Below are positions 49,958 through 62,544 of a DNA stretch of 64,000 nt, piece after piece. The stretch's first letter is position 1. Each line of letters begins with the position of its first letter. The notes below the pieces were generated by a model. That model did not search any database and was not told where the DNA came from. It saw nothing but the letters and a program-made list of their open reading frames with translations. Origin of the DNA: the human T2T-CHM13v2.0 reference genome, Homo sapiens; assembly GCF_009914755.1 (NCBI RefSeq), contig NC_060926.1; one strand, written 5' to 3'. Made by a program: the position numbers and the translations under genes.

Positions 49958-52121
49958 TAATCCAGCATTTCCTACAGCTCTGCTCCTCCAGTCTTGTTTC
50001 AGGGGCCAGGAGCAACAGGGCCAAAGGCCTGGGGTAATGCCCAGGTGGTGGGGGAGCTGGGGTCCACAGGGCATCCCCCAGCACCTCCCTTTCCCAGCTG
50101 GCTCAGACCATGAGCAGGGGTGGGGGTGATCCTGGCAGAGGGAGGAAGCATGCCAGCCCTGGCTGCGGGTGTCTACCAGGATGGAGACCCGGCAACTGCA
50201 CCTGACTGGAGCACCGAGCCTGCCCTCCCCTGATATTTCTTTCAGCTGTGGCTTCCAGGCTCCCGCAATAGCCCAGTCCTGTCATCTGCCACAAGGAATA
50301 GATCCAGGCAAGAAGCCTCAGCCCGCAAGGGCAGGAGGAAGCGCTTGCAAGATCCCAAGATCTAACATCTCCTTGAATTTTGCACATGAGATCCCTGGCT
50401 GGCCTCACCTCGTCCCTGTCATGATTCCCTGTTAGCCCACTGCCCTGCTTGGCCTCTCCCTGTGGCCTCTGCCCCACCCATCAAAGCTTCTTCAGCAGGA
50501 GGCTCAACTCAAAACCAGCTCCTGAAGGAGGAAAAGAGGGATTTCCAGGCTTGGGGGCCCAGTTCCCTTCTGTCCCTGACCTTCTTCCCTCGCAGGGCCC
50601 TGTGGTGAGTGAGCACAAGCCCCTTCAAACAGGAAGTTCCAGCCTGCTGCCTTGGCCAGCAGAGACACGGGAAATGCAGGAACTCAAAGCACTGATGACC
50701 CTATGAAGCCTGGACAAGGCTGAACCCCACCATCCCACATGGCCTCTCCTAAGCTACCATCACTGACCATGTGATAGACTAGTCAGTCCATTCATTCGGA
50801 CTGAGGCATTCTCACTAGCCTCCTCCTGCCTCTGCTCTTCCAGCCTCCATTCTCTCATTTCTTCACTCAACAAATATATACCACCTCCCCATGTGTCAGA
50901 CATGGCCCTTCCCTTGGGGAGCCTGCAGGCTGGTGGCCATGAGGCCCCTCCCCTGAAATAGCCCCTCCTACTCCCATTCTCATTTTGACCTGTCCAAATT
51001 GAACCTGTCTTTGAAGACCCGTCCTTAAATATCTGCTCTTTCCACCTCTCTGAGGTGCTGATGTGTTCTCCTGCATGAGCTCCCCAGACGTAAGCTGAAC
51101 TCTCTTGCTGCCTCTCCCTCCCTTGCAACTGTCATTTTTTTAACACTGAACGTTTTGTTTTTCTAAAGCAACCTTATATGAAGTCTGCATATATAAAGGT
51201 GAAAGCAGTATTTTACAGCTATAAACAGCAATCCAAAAGCACGACATTTACCTATTATAAAGTCAATCAGTGAGGATAATAGGGCTGTTGGAATAATCCT
51301 GACAAAGTGAAAAGTAGATGACAGATCATGGTGATAGTCTCATGTCAGCTTCAGACCCCAGGTTATGCCTATATTTTGTTTGGTTTTGTGATTGTGAAAA
51401 AACCCTAGTTACTGCTGATAGACAACTGCAAGGAGCAGCAGAGCTTTCCCTCTCTTCTGTACATCAGGTACAATCCAAGGATGCTAGGATCCTTGGAATA
51501 CAGTTTGAAAATCACAGAAGCATCTTAGTGCTATTTAGACATCTGTCTTATCTGCTGTGCCAATGGGCCTCCTGAGGGCAGGGTCAGAGACCCAGGCAGG
51601 ATCTGAGTCCCTTGGAGGCCCCTAGGACATGTCTGCTGGATGGAGGAATCCACCCGAAGGTCCCAGGGCCATCCCCAGAATTCAGACTTTCTGGGCTCCC
51701 ACATTCTGATAAGGCTGATTTGCTCGGCCACAAGACTCACAGGAAAGCCCACCAAAAAAGCAAGAGCAGAAATAAAGGCAGCTAGAATTGGGGCAGAAAA
51801 GATCATGTAAGCAATCTCTGACCCATTTCCATTGCTTCTAATAAGACTGTTTTCTGTCCACTTCCTGCCATCCCTGCTGCTTCTAACCCTGGGAGAGTGA
51901 AGGCAGCTGGACCAGACGCTGGGCCTCTGGCCTCGAGGCAGGACAAGGCAAAAGGCCTGGAAGCCTGGTCAAGCTTCACTCGGAAGCTGAGTGACCTTGG
52001 CACAAAGGTTTTTGCTGCTCTTTCCCTACCCCCAGCCCTGGTTTCTAAATGTGCCCCGTGCTTCCCTCACTGTGAAGTACAAAGGCCAGCCTGCTGGGCA
52101 GGGGTAAGAAGTCACACTTAC

Positions 52122-52154
52122 TTAGCAGGGGCACCACCCTCTGTTTTCATCCAC
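52122..52154 (-). CDS. TNS1: Tensin 1, 33-bp coding exon (PTB)
   Basis: ccacag|G TGG ATG AAA ACA GAG GGT GGT GCC CCT GCT AA|gtaagt = (K)WMKTEGGAPA(K). Confidence 0.95.
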   Translation of the reverse strand: MDENRGWCPC

Positions 52155-52649
52155 CTGTGGAGAGAAAGTGGGCTCAGGGTAAATCATCGTACTTTCTCCC
52201 TAGAGCCCAGCCCCACCCATGCCCAGACCCTCTGCAGGAAGGTCTGGGGAGAGGAGCTGCCCCCCATTCCCCCCTCATTCCCCCATTCCCCCATTCCCCA
52301 GGGACAGGAGCTGCCCAAGATCACACAGATGCATTCAAGGTCGAGAGAACACTGCAGCCTGCCTCCTGAGGGGCTCTCCCCATCATGGAGAGGAGAAGCA
52401 GATTCAAGGTCAGGGCATGGCAGAGGGGGTAGCAGTGGGCACTGAGTCCCTGGGAGGGTCTCCATATCTATAGTGGGAAAGACTCAAAAGATGCCCAACA
52501 CGATTACTCACACATGGGCAGACCTTCCAGCTGAATGGAGAATGTATGCACATGCACACACACACACACACACATGCACATGCATGCACCCACACAGACG
52601 TCAGTGTTAGAAAGCTGTGTGGGAGAGAAGCTGTGTACAAGAGACTTAC

Positions 52650-52718
52650 TTTCTTTCCTGTGGATCCAGGTCACAGAAGGTGACAGTGTTGAGAGGGTAG
52701 TGGCGTCTGAAAAAGAGC
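52650..52718 (-). CDS. TNS1: Tensin 1, 69-bp coding exon (PTB)
   Basis: ctgcag|G CTC TTT TTC AGA CGC CAC TAC... = (K)LFFRRHYPLNTVTFCDLDPQER(K)|gtaagt. Confidence 0.97.
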
Positions 52719-53119
52719 CTGCAGCACAGACATCAGATAAACAGAGAATGAGTGCTGAAGGGGCTGCTTTTCCCCTCCTTCCACCAGCAGGTCAGGCCAC
52801 CTTTCCACCATCTGTGGCTATCGCAGGTCCACACAACTTCTCTCTTATGAGCAAGATGGCCTGAGCTGTTGACACTGGTGACCCAAGCAATGTACAGAGA
52901 CAGATGTGCCATAGAATCATCCCAAATGCTAGGGGCTGGGGAAGGAAGAAACTGGCACTGAGGAATAGGAAATGTGGGGAGGGGCTGGAAGAAGAAGCAA
53001 AGAGGCCAGGGACACTGTTAGGAGAGAGTCCAAGTGGACGGGCTCTGCTCCTAGAAAGCAGGTCCTTTTTATCAGTTGTATTTACAGCCGTATACCCAAT
53101 GCTGGCAAATTCTCATAGA

Positions 53120-54630
53120 AGGATGGATGAATGGGTGGATGGATAGATGAATGGAGATACAGATGGATGAAGGGAAAAACGGGTGGTAAGGGATAGATGA
53201 GGGATGAATAAATGCAGGGATGGAGGCATGGATGGATGGATGGATGGATGGATGGATGGATGCATGGATGGATGGATGGATGGATGGATGGATGGATGCA
53301 TGGATGGATGGATGGATGGATGGATGCATGGATGGATGGATGGATAGGTGCATGGATGGATGCATGGATGGATGGATGGATGCATGGATGGATGGATGGA
53401 TGGATGGATGGATGGATGGATGGATGCATGGATGGATGGATGGATGGATGCATGGATGGATGGATGGATGGATGGATGGATAGGTGCATGGATGGATGCA
53501 TGGATGGATGGATGGATGGATGGATGGATGCATGGATGGATGGATGGATGGATGGATGGATGGATGGATGGATGGATAGGTGCATGGATGGATGCATGGA
53601 TGGATGCATGGATGGATGGATGGATGGATGGATGGATGGATGCATGGATGGATGGATGGATGGATGGATGGATGGATGGATGGATGCATGGATGGATGGA
53701 TAGGTGCATGGATGGATGGATGGATGGATGGATGGATGGATAGGTGCATGGATGGATGGATGGATGGATGGATGGATGGATGGATGGATGCATGGATGGA
53801 TGGATGGATGGATGGATGGATGCATGGATGGATGGATGGATGGATGGATGGATGGATGGATGCATGGATGGATGGATGGATGGATGCATGGATGGATGGA
53901 TGGATGGATGGATGGATGGATGGATGCATGGATGGATGGATGGATGGATGGATGCATGGATGGATGGATGGATGGATGGATGGATGGATGGATGGATGCA
54001 TGGATGGATGGATGGATGGATGGATGGATGGATGGATGGATGCATGGATGGATGGATGGATGGATGGATGGATGCATGGATGGATGCATGGATGGATGGA
54101 TGGATGGATGGATGGATGGATGCATGGATGGATGGATGGATAGGTGCATGGATGGATGCATGGATGGATGGATGGATGGATGGATAGGTGCATGGATGGA
54201 TGCATGGATGGATGGATGGATGGATGCATGCATGGATGGATGGATAGGTGCATGGATGGATGCATGGATGGATGGATGGATGGATGGATGGATGGATGCA
54301 TGGATGGATGGATGGATAGGTGCATGGATGGATGCATGGATGGATGGATGGATGGATGCATGGATGGATGGATGGATAGGTGCATGGATGGATGCATGGA
54401 TGGATGGATGGATGGATGGATGGATGGATGGATAGGTGCATGGATGGATGGATGGATGGATGGATGGGTGCATGGATGGGTGCATGGATGGGTGCATGGA
54501 TGGATGGATGGATAAGTAGCTGGGTAGATGGGAGGTAGATGCAAGATAGATGGATGAGAAGGTAGATGAGCAGTTGGGTGCAAGGAATCAATCAAGTGGT
54601 AAATGTGTGGGTACACGGATGAATAGATGA
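53120..54630 (+). repeat. (GGAT)n tetranucleotide array (core ~53229-54513) with GCAT and AGGT interruptions
   Basis: Read directly; (CCAU)n on the TNS1 pre-mRNA. Confidence 0.97.
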
Positions 54631-54677
54631 GTCACAGGAAGGAGAACCCCACCGAGGAGCAGGCAGGGGAGTCTTAC

Positions 54678-54846
54678 TTTCTCTGGTTGTCAGTCAGAGT
54701 GATTCCCTGGGCAGAGACTTTGAAGTGAACGATGGTGGCAGCTGGCGTGGGGTCTGCAGCCAACGTCTCAGATGTGGCTTTAGAGATGGCCTGTGGCCCA
54801 GTGAGTGACTCCATGTCCACAGAGTTGACGAAGAGCACATTGCAGG
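54678..54846 (-). CDS. TNS1: Tensin 1, 169-bp coding exon (PTB domain start)
   Basis: ttccag|CC TGC AAT... = (A)[55 protein letters not shown](K)|gtaag. Confidence 0.98.
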
Positions 54847-55102
54847 CTGGAAGAAACCAACCCAAGGGGGAGTCATGGGAGCTGGCGTGGGTGAGGACAT
54901 TAACCCAGATCCATTCTTCAGGGAGAAGGTAGCAGATAAATTTCAGGCTAGCCTTGAGCCAAGGCATCTGCACATAGAAATGTGATCTTCCCAGAGACAT
55001 TTGGGCCTGGAGAGACCTCCAGCCTGCACGTGCAGGAGGGGTCAGGGCAGGAAGGCAGAAAGAGAGGCCTGGGCATGGGTACAGTTTCAGGTGACCACTC
55101 AC

Positions 55103-55174
55103 CTGCCCCTTGTTTCAGCAGGTCTGCAGTTGAGTTGGCAGGGCCGGAGCTATCTTTCGATTCATCTGTGGGGT
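55103..55174 (-). CDS. TNS1: Tensin 1, 72-bp coding exon (SH2-PTB linker)
   Basis: tcttag|AC CCC ACA GAT GAA... = (D)[23 protein letters not shown]|gtgagt. Confidence 0.96.
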
Positions 55175-55734
55175 CTAAGACAAAAATTCAGTAGGAATTA
55201 AAACCCTAGAGCTGGAAAGAAGCACAAGTTTGGCTGGGCTGAAGGTGAGCTCTGCAACTCTTTGGCAGAAGGAACGCTGCTTTTCATACCAGACCCTGGC
55301 AGTCAGCCCTGAGTTAGGCTCAGTCTGAACGTTTGATGATTGCTCTAAGCAGCCAGCACACTGGTTGTGAGCTCTGGAGTCCAGCAGAACTGGGCTCAAA
55401 CCCTCACCCCAGCACTTACTAAGTATCTATAAAACAAAGACGATGATCATGGTACCCACGTCACTGGGTTTTTGAGCGACTCCATGTACAGCTTAGCCAG
55501 TGCTTAACATAAAGCAAGCCTTCAAGTGACAATTGGCATTGCTGTTATTGTTTTGCATTGATATATCTTTGTGTAGGTCAATAAATCCCCTAATTCCCCT
55601 AATTCATTAAACCATTGATCCAGCATAACTCTAATTTCAATATTAATAAGAATTGAGTGATGGATATATTAGCATATTGATGTAACCCACAATGTATGCA
55701 TTTATCAAAACATCACATTGTACATGGTACATAA

Positions 55735-56034
55735 TTTTTTTTTTTTTTTTGAAACAGAATCCTGCTCTGTCACCCAGGCTGGAGTGCAGTGGCATGATCA
55801 CAGCTCACTGCAGCCTCAAACTCCCATGCTCTAGCAGATTATCCCACATTAGCCTCCAGCGTAGCTGGGACTACAGGCATGAGCCACCATGCCTGGATAA
55901 TTTTTTTACTGTTTTGTAAAAACAGGGTCTTCTGATATTCTACAGGCTGGTCTTGAATGCCTCACTTCGAGCAATCCTTCCACCTCAGCCTCCCAAAATT
56001 CTGAAATTATAGGCATGAACCACCATGCCCAGCC
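55735..56034 (-). mobile_element. AluJ (intronic)
   Basis: Poly-T followed by GAAACAGAATCCTGCTCTGTCACCCAGGCTGGAGTGCAGTGGCATGATCACAGC. Confidence 0.9.
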
Positions 56035-57222
56035 AATATTTGCATTTTTTAACAAGTCCCTGGGATATGCTGACACTGCCGGTCTAGGCCCATACTTTGA
56101 AAACAACAGGTTTATACAATCTAAATATTAAACAGTTTTTTAATTGCTGAACTACAATGGTGAATTCCATAGGAATATAATTCAATTCATGTCTGAATTG
56201 TGTCATTGGTTAATAGTGCTATTTAAGTTGTATTTGAACTTATAAGCTAATAATATTGGTCCATTACCATTAATAATTCAATGAACTGAATTGGATAAGT
56301 AGAAATTGTCCAAAAATACTGGCGGTGTTATGTGTGGGCATAGCCCCAGGAGCTCCAAGAAAGACTAGAAAAAAATCCTAGGGCCACAGCCTAGGAGCGC
56401 TTCTGAAGGTCCTATTGTTGAACAGACAGAGTGGGGAGAAGGCAGCCCAGACCGTTCCGAGACCTTGCACTGCGGGTGAGGCCAGTGACCCTCAGGTGGG
56501 CCCTGTGTTGCTGAGGGCTGGGCAGTAGAGGCCTATGCTGGGAGGAGTTCTAGGTGCCCACCTGCCACGCTCCAGGGCTGATGCGCCTCCATGAGAGAAG
56601 CTAAACACTCCTTCCCTAGCCCTGCCGTCTCACTCAAATTCTCATCCTGCATGTCCTCATGCTCTTGGAGTCCATTCCAACTTCCCACAATCAAAACAGG
56701 ACTTGCTCTTCCCTAACAGCTCAGCATCCCCTTAGTCAGGGAACACCCTCCCAGCACACAGATTAGAAAGTCTGGCGACATTTAGGCACCGCCTTCTCTT
56801 TCCTGAGGCTGCTCTCTCCTCTCCATCCAGACCAACCCCTCAACACCTCAGTCTGCCTCCCCACTCTCTTCCCCAGATGCCCATCTCATCCTCCAGGACA
56901 TGTCTCCTGTCCCCTACTTCTGTCTCCTGTCATCCCTGGGACGACGTGGTCTGAGGATTCCATATGAATTTCTTCATACGGAGAGTTTTCCTGAACAATC
57001 TGGCAAGTCCATTTATGTATGCTCCTGGAGTCAAGCTTTTTCATAAATTTTTTCTTCTTTTTTAATAGGAAGAAAAGGAGAGTAGTTTTGAGTTTCTCCA
57101 GACTGGCAAAATGACATGTGTCCTCCAGCCCTGGCCCATGTCCGGAGTGGCTGGCAGGATCAAGACATGACAAGGGCCAGCTCAAGGGTGTGGGTGGTGA
57201 GCCAGGAGTCTCACGTTCCTAC

Positions 57223-57300
57223 CTCGGTTTGGAATGACCAGCTTGCAAGGCAGGGCCAATGGGATGATGGAGTGCTGGTAGACCAGGGCAGACAGCGATC
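57223..57300 (-). CDS. TNS1: Tensin 1, 78-bp coding exon (SH2 end)
   Basis: ctacag|GA TCG CTG... = (G)[25 protein letters not shown]|gtagga. Confidence 0.97.
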
Positions 57301-58069
57301 CTGTAGGGAGGCAGACGGCATGTCATGGGCAGTGATACTGGAAGCCAGAAGGGAAACCTCCACCTCTACCCTTACACCGATACACACAATCTTCCACTTC
57401 TTTATTACCTCTACCTCAACCCACCACCAAAGCTGAAAATTCACACCCTCTTGTTGAACAAGATCCAACAGAGAAGATTCCCAAGGTTCACTCTCGCAGT
57501 CATAAAGTTACCTAACAACTTTCCTTTGCAGAAAGTTCCTCCTAACATCGCTCCTAATGCACCCCAGTTACTGGGGCTCCTCTGAGAACAGGGCAGAAGG
57601 ATCAGAGAATTGTGGGATCCAATCCCAGCTCAGTCACTTCTCACCTGTTGGTTCTCAGGTAAATGTAACTTTGATGACTCTCGTTTTTTCATGTGTCAAT
57701 TCCTCCCTATTAGGGAGGATGACCCCTACCAAACAGGATGGTTGTGAGGCCAGATGTGATAGAAGGTGCTGAGACTGTGACATTCACATGGTAGGTGGTC
57801 AATTAAGGCAGCTGATTTTACCATTGTTACTCCAGTTATAATGATAACAAGTCCCAGCTGGGTCGGACAAACACAGACTGCAGTTTGGCAGAGTTAGGAG
57901 CCGCACTGCGGAGGGAGAGAAGCTTTCATTCATTTTCTCTGCTGAATTTATGACAAGGGTGACTGGCAGAGCCTGTCAGAAAGAACTTGGGGTCAGACCC
58001 CTGGAGGAACCCAGGACAGGACCAAGACTCAGGCCAGACTGTAGAGATGGGGGCAGGGGGACAGCTCAC

Positions 58070-58162
58070 CGAAGTTTGGCTCATTGGGGCAGCCCTTGAG
58101 CTTGACTCCTCTGGGGCCAGTCTCTATCAGAAAATGCCTGACCAGCTCATGGGTCATGTCTC
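58070..58162 (-). CDS. TNS1: Tensin 1, 93-bp coding exon (SH2)
   Basis: tcccag|GA GAC ATG... = (G)[30 protein letters not shown]|gtgagc. Confidence 0.97.
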
Positions 58163-58539
58163 CTGGGACAAAGAGAAAGAAATAAGGCTCAGTCCCTGCC
58201 CATGGCTTCCTCCCACCACCTCCCAAGACTGCTTCAAAACTTCCGCAGTGTGCGGGGCCAAGATGGGAGAAATGACTGAAGAGAGAACGTGGCTGGAGCC
58301 CCATGGACTGCAGAGCCCACTGCTGCTCTCCCACCCCTCAGGAAACACATGGCAGGCACCCAATCGTCCTGCTTTCCCAATCTCTGACCTCAACCATCAC
58401 CAAGCCCAAGACACCCTCTTCCGAAGAGCCTGATGGGAGTTAAGGTCCTGCCCAGCACCCTGGGTCCCTCCAGCACCTCCAGGTTTAGCGACTGTAAAGC
58501 TCACCTGGTCCTGAGCCCCATTCTGGGAGATGAGGTTAC

Positions 58540-58671
58540 CTTTTTTATTCTGCTGCATGATGGTTGGAGGTGGCGAAGACACCTTCATGGCCAGCCCGTA
58601 CGCGCCTCGGAAGGAGTGACTGTCGCGGATGATGAAGGCCCCCGGCTCCTGGTCCTTGAGGAGCGCGATGG
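58540..58671 (-). CDS. TNS1: Tensin 1, 132-bp coding exon (SH2, FIIRDS phosphotyrosine-binding motif)
   Basis: atgcag|CC ATC GCG... = (A)[43 protein letters not shown]|gtaacc. Confidence 0.98.
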
Positions 58672-58775
58672 CTGCATGGGGAAGGGACAAGGAGAGAGGA
58701 GGAAGCAAGACCTCGGTGGCGCTAGTTTTACTTAAGTCTCATTGAGCCTACCGACCTTCGTTCTTTCTTAGGTGA

Positions 58776-59383
<608 letters not shown>

Positions 59384-59766
59384 TCCCACACCCAGCCTTC
59401 CCCTGAGAATCATTCCCCTATTCCCAACTTTGTTCTCTCTCCCTGTAAAATGCAAAAACCTCCCACATCAGGCAGACAGAGAGCTAAGGTTTCATATTAT
59501 CTTAGCAGACCTTTTACTTTGCCCAGGAAAACCAAGGCTTTGCTGTTTTTAAGAACCCTTCCAAGAGGTGTCTACAACTACTGCTTCTGTGTTCCCACAC
59601 TTCACTGCAGGAAGTGCTTCCTACTGTCCAGCTTCAACCCCAGCCCCCTCTGTGATGACCCCCTGCTACAAAGAGGACTGAATTTGCCTCTGTTCCTTGC
59701 CCAGGGAAGACACAGCAGGCCTCAGCCAGCTATGGCCTCTGATGCACCACAGAGCCCAGCACTCAC

Positions 59767-59853
59767 CCTGCTCCCTGGAGATCTCAGGCTTGTACCAATA
59801 CTTAGAAGTGTCCTGGACAAACTTCACTTTAGCCCGCGTCTCCGGGCTGTTGT
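59767..59853 (-). CDS. TNS1: Tensin 1, 87-bp coding exon (SH2 start)
   Basis: ctttag|AC AAC AGC... = (D)[28 protein letters not shown]|gtgagt. Confidence 0.98.
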
Positions 59854-59877
59854 CTAAAGCAGGAGAAGGGAAGAAAG

Positions 59878-60343
59878 TGTTATGGGTTAAATTGTGTTCA
59901 CCCAAAACATACATCAAAGTCCTGGCCCCCAGTGCTTGTGAATTTGACCTTATTTGGAAATAGGGTCTTTGCAGATGTAGACAAATTAAGATGAGGTCAC
60001 ACAGGATTAGGGTGAGCCTTAATCCAGTATGCCTGTATGCCTGGTGTCCTTACAAGGAGAGGAGACAGAGATACACACAGGGGAGAGCACCATGGAAGGT
60101 GCAGGCAGAGACTGGGGTGATGCGTCTACATGCCAAGGGACACCAAGGATGCTGGCAGCCACAAGAAACTGGGAGAGAGGCCTGGGACAGATTCTCCCCT
60201 AGAACATCAGGAAGGAGCCAACCTTGCCAACACCTTGATTTTGGACTTCTAGCCTCCAGAACTGTGAGAGAACATATTTCTGTCATTTATAAGCCACTAA
60301 GCACATGGTCCTTTGTTATGGCAGCCCCAGGAAACTGACATCA
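59878..60343 (+). mobile_element. MLT1B/C MaLR solo LTR (intronic)
   Basis: TGTTATGGGTTAAATTGTG...GACCTTATTTGGAAATAGGGTCTTTGCAGATGTA...GTTATGGCAGCCCCAGGAAACTGA. Confidence 0.85.
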
Positions 60344-62059
60344 AAAGCTGATGTCCTCGAACACCATGCGAACACAGTGGAAGGGACCTTCGGCCTCCTC
60401 ATCCATCCCCTATCCCCTGCCCGCCATCTGGGTGGCTGAGCCACCTCCTGGTGGAGGGCCTGGCACTGCATTCCCACAGAGCCCACTGAAAGCCTTCCTC
60501 CACCCCGTGTCCCCCTTTCCCTAGAAGACTGTGACTAAAGCCTTCCTACAGCTTTTCTCCCATGGCCTAAAACACTTGCTTCTAGAACCTTTCTCCACAG
60601 GTTCAGTTTCTCAACTTCAGCATACCCACCATGAAGATGAGGGCAGAAAGATCCATTTCTTCCCCCTTTTCCCCAGGCCTCTCCTCACTTTCCACAGGGA
60701 AGGCCTATGTTCTGCATCACATAGAACAAAAAAAAAATCACTTCTCTTTGGATCAAACAGGTGATGGCTGGCCTAGAATCTAGAGGCCATCTACTGCATG
60801 TCAGGCACCCCACTTCTCAGGCAGACAGCACCCCCACACACACCCATGCCCAGACTCTGCAGACCTTGGGAATTTGTCATAGAACATTAGATTCTGGAGG
60901 GAGCTCAGACAGGACACAGTCCAACTGCCTAATTTTACATAAAAGGAGGAATTCAGGGATGAGAAGTGACTTGCCCAAGTCACACAGATGGTGACCTTGG
61001 TAAGAGGCCCTAGCAGTCAGTTTAGGACCAGCTAAACTGTATCTTCCTGTCTAAGCATCAGGATGTGCGGCCCTCACTCTCAACCTCTTCCTTCAGCTTT
61101 TGGCACCAAAGAAAACACAAAAAGGGAGGGAGAACAGAAAAAGATGAGGATTCCACATTTTTCCTCTCCTGTCTTCAGAGACAGAAGTTGGCATGAAAGA
61201 CACTGCAAAGTTAAGAGAGCAGATCAGGAGACACAAGTTGTGTCTCCAGTGCTTAGTCAATTTCAACCTATGATTTACACTCCCTTATGCTTCTGGGATC
61301 TGTCTCCGGGCGAGTGTGAGGGGAGAGGTCAGCTCCCTTTCCTGGCAGCCGTGTGCTAAGGAAGGTCTCTGGGTTAGGCAGCTGGGCCATGCAACTGCTG
61401 CAGGCTGCCTTTCTCTGTCTGAAGCCCCAGGCCCCACTGCTGCCGTGGCCTGTTTAACGAGCTGTCAGAGGCGGCTGCAGTCCCACGTGCCTTCCTGTGT
61501 TGACTCCAAAGGCTATTTTAAGCAGGGAAGATGGTGGGAAACAGGAAGTGTCCCAGCTACTAGAAGTTTTGCATCCTTCAAGGAGAGGGGCTGGGAACCA
61601 GATGTCCCCGGTGGGCGGCAGGAAACAGGCAGTGCAGGGTCATTCTAGGTGTCCTGGCTTGGCAGGCTCAGGGCAGGACCTGAGAGTGACGCCGGGAGAA
61701 TCTAGGGAGCTGGGGCCCATCTGAGGCTGCCCAAAACATTCTAAATCTGCCTCAAACATCCAGGGCCACTGTGCACACAGTCAAGTTCAAAGTTGGCCTT
61801 TGTGTTTAGACAATGAGCTTTCTAAGTAGAGGCAAAGGTGGCAAGTTCTGGCGATAAGTGAAGAATTCACTGCACAAACCTGCATGAGTTTCGATGAAGT
61901 TGGGTCTACGAGGAGTGATGTGGCACTGTGGGGCTGGCAAAGGTATGGAGATCCAGGTTTGGAAGGCAGGTTTTCAAGGTCATGCTAAATATGACCCCCA
62001 AGATATGGACACATGATAAAGACAACTCCAGTGATGCTTGAAGACCATTAGTTTTGGGG

Positions 62060-62260
62060 TGGCGTGGCCTGGATTGGAAGCCTTGGCTCTGCCATTTCTT
62101 GACTGTATGATACTAGACAAGTGACAGAGCCTCTAAGCCTCAGTTTGTAAACTGGGGTTAATAATATTAATACCTACTTTACTAAGTGGCCAAGAAGCTT
62201 AAATGACACAGTACTCAGCTCAGAGCCTGGCACACAGCATGTGCTCAATGAGTGGTAATG
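62060..62260 (+). mobile_element. MIR fragment (other MIR pieces at ~40890-41290, 55365-55530, 57615-57800, 60880-61050, 63770-63900)
   Basis: GGCTCTGCCATTTCTTGACTGTATGA...GCCTCAGTTTGTAAACTGGGG...CAGAGCCTGGCACACAG. Confidence 0.65.
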
Positions 62261-62544
62261 GCTATGAGGACGATGATAATCATAACAGTAATACTATTCA
62301 TTATGATTTTTATCATCCTCATCTGTATCCACATCCTCATCTCAGCATCCACAACCACAGCACACGTATCGTAAGGATACCTCCAACTCTCTTTATACGG
62401 ATAAAGAAACTAAGTCCCAGAAGTCAGTGATTCACCCAGGGTCGTCTGCCAAGAGAATGTCAGAATAGACACTGGGATAGATATTTCACTCTTCTACTTA
62501 CTTCATCAGCAGGAGAGGTGAAAATGGAAGGGGGAGAGGCCCAC

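Noticed and set aside
48613-50129. ORFs of 430-470 aa rich in His/Thr or Cys/Val
   Set aside because: Artefacts of the CA/CAC tandem array.
53072-54616. ORFs of 470-514 aa (HPSI.../MDGW... repeats)
   Set aside because: Stop-free frames of the (GGAT)n array inside a TNS1 intron; no coding signature.
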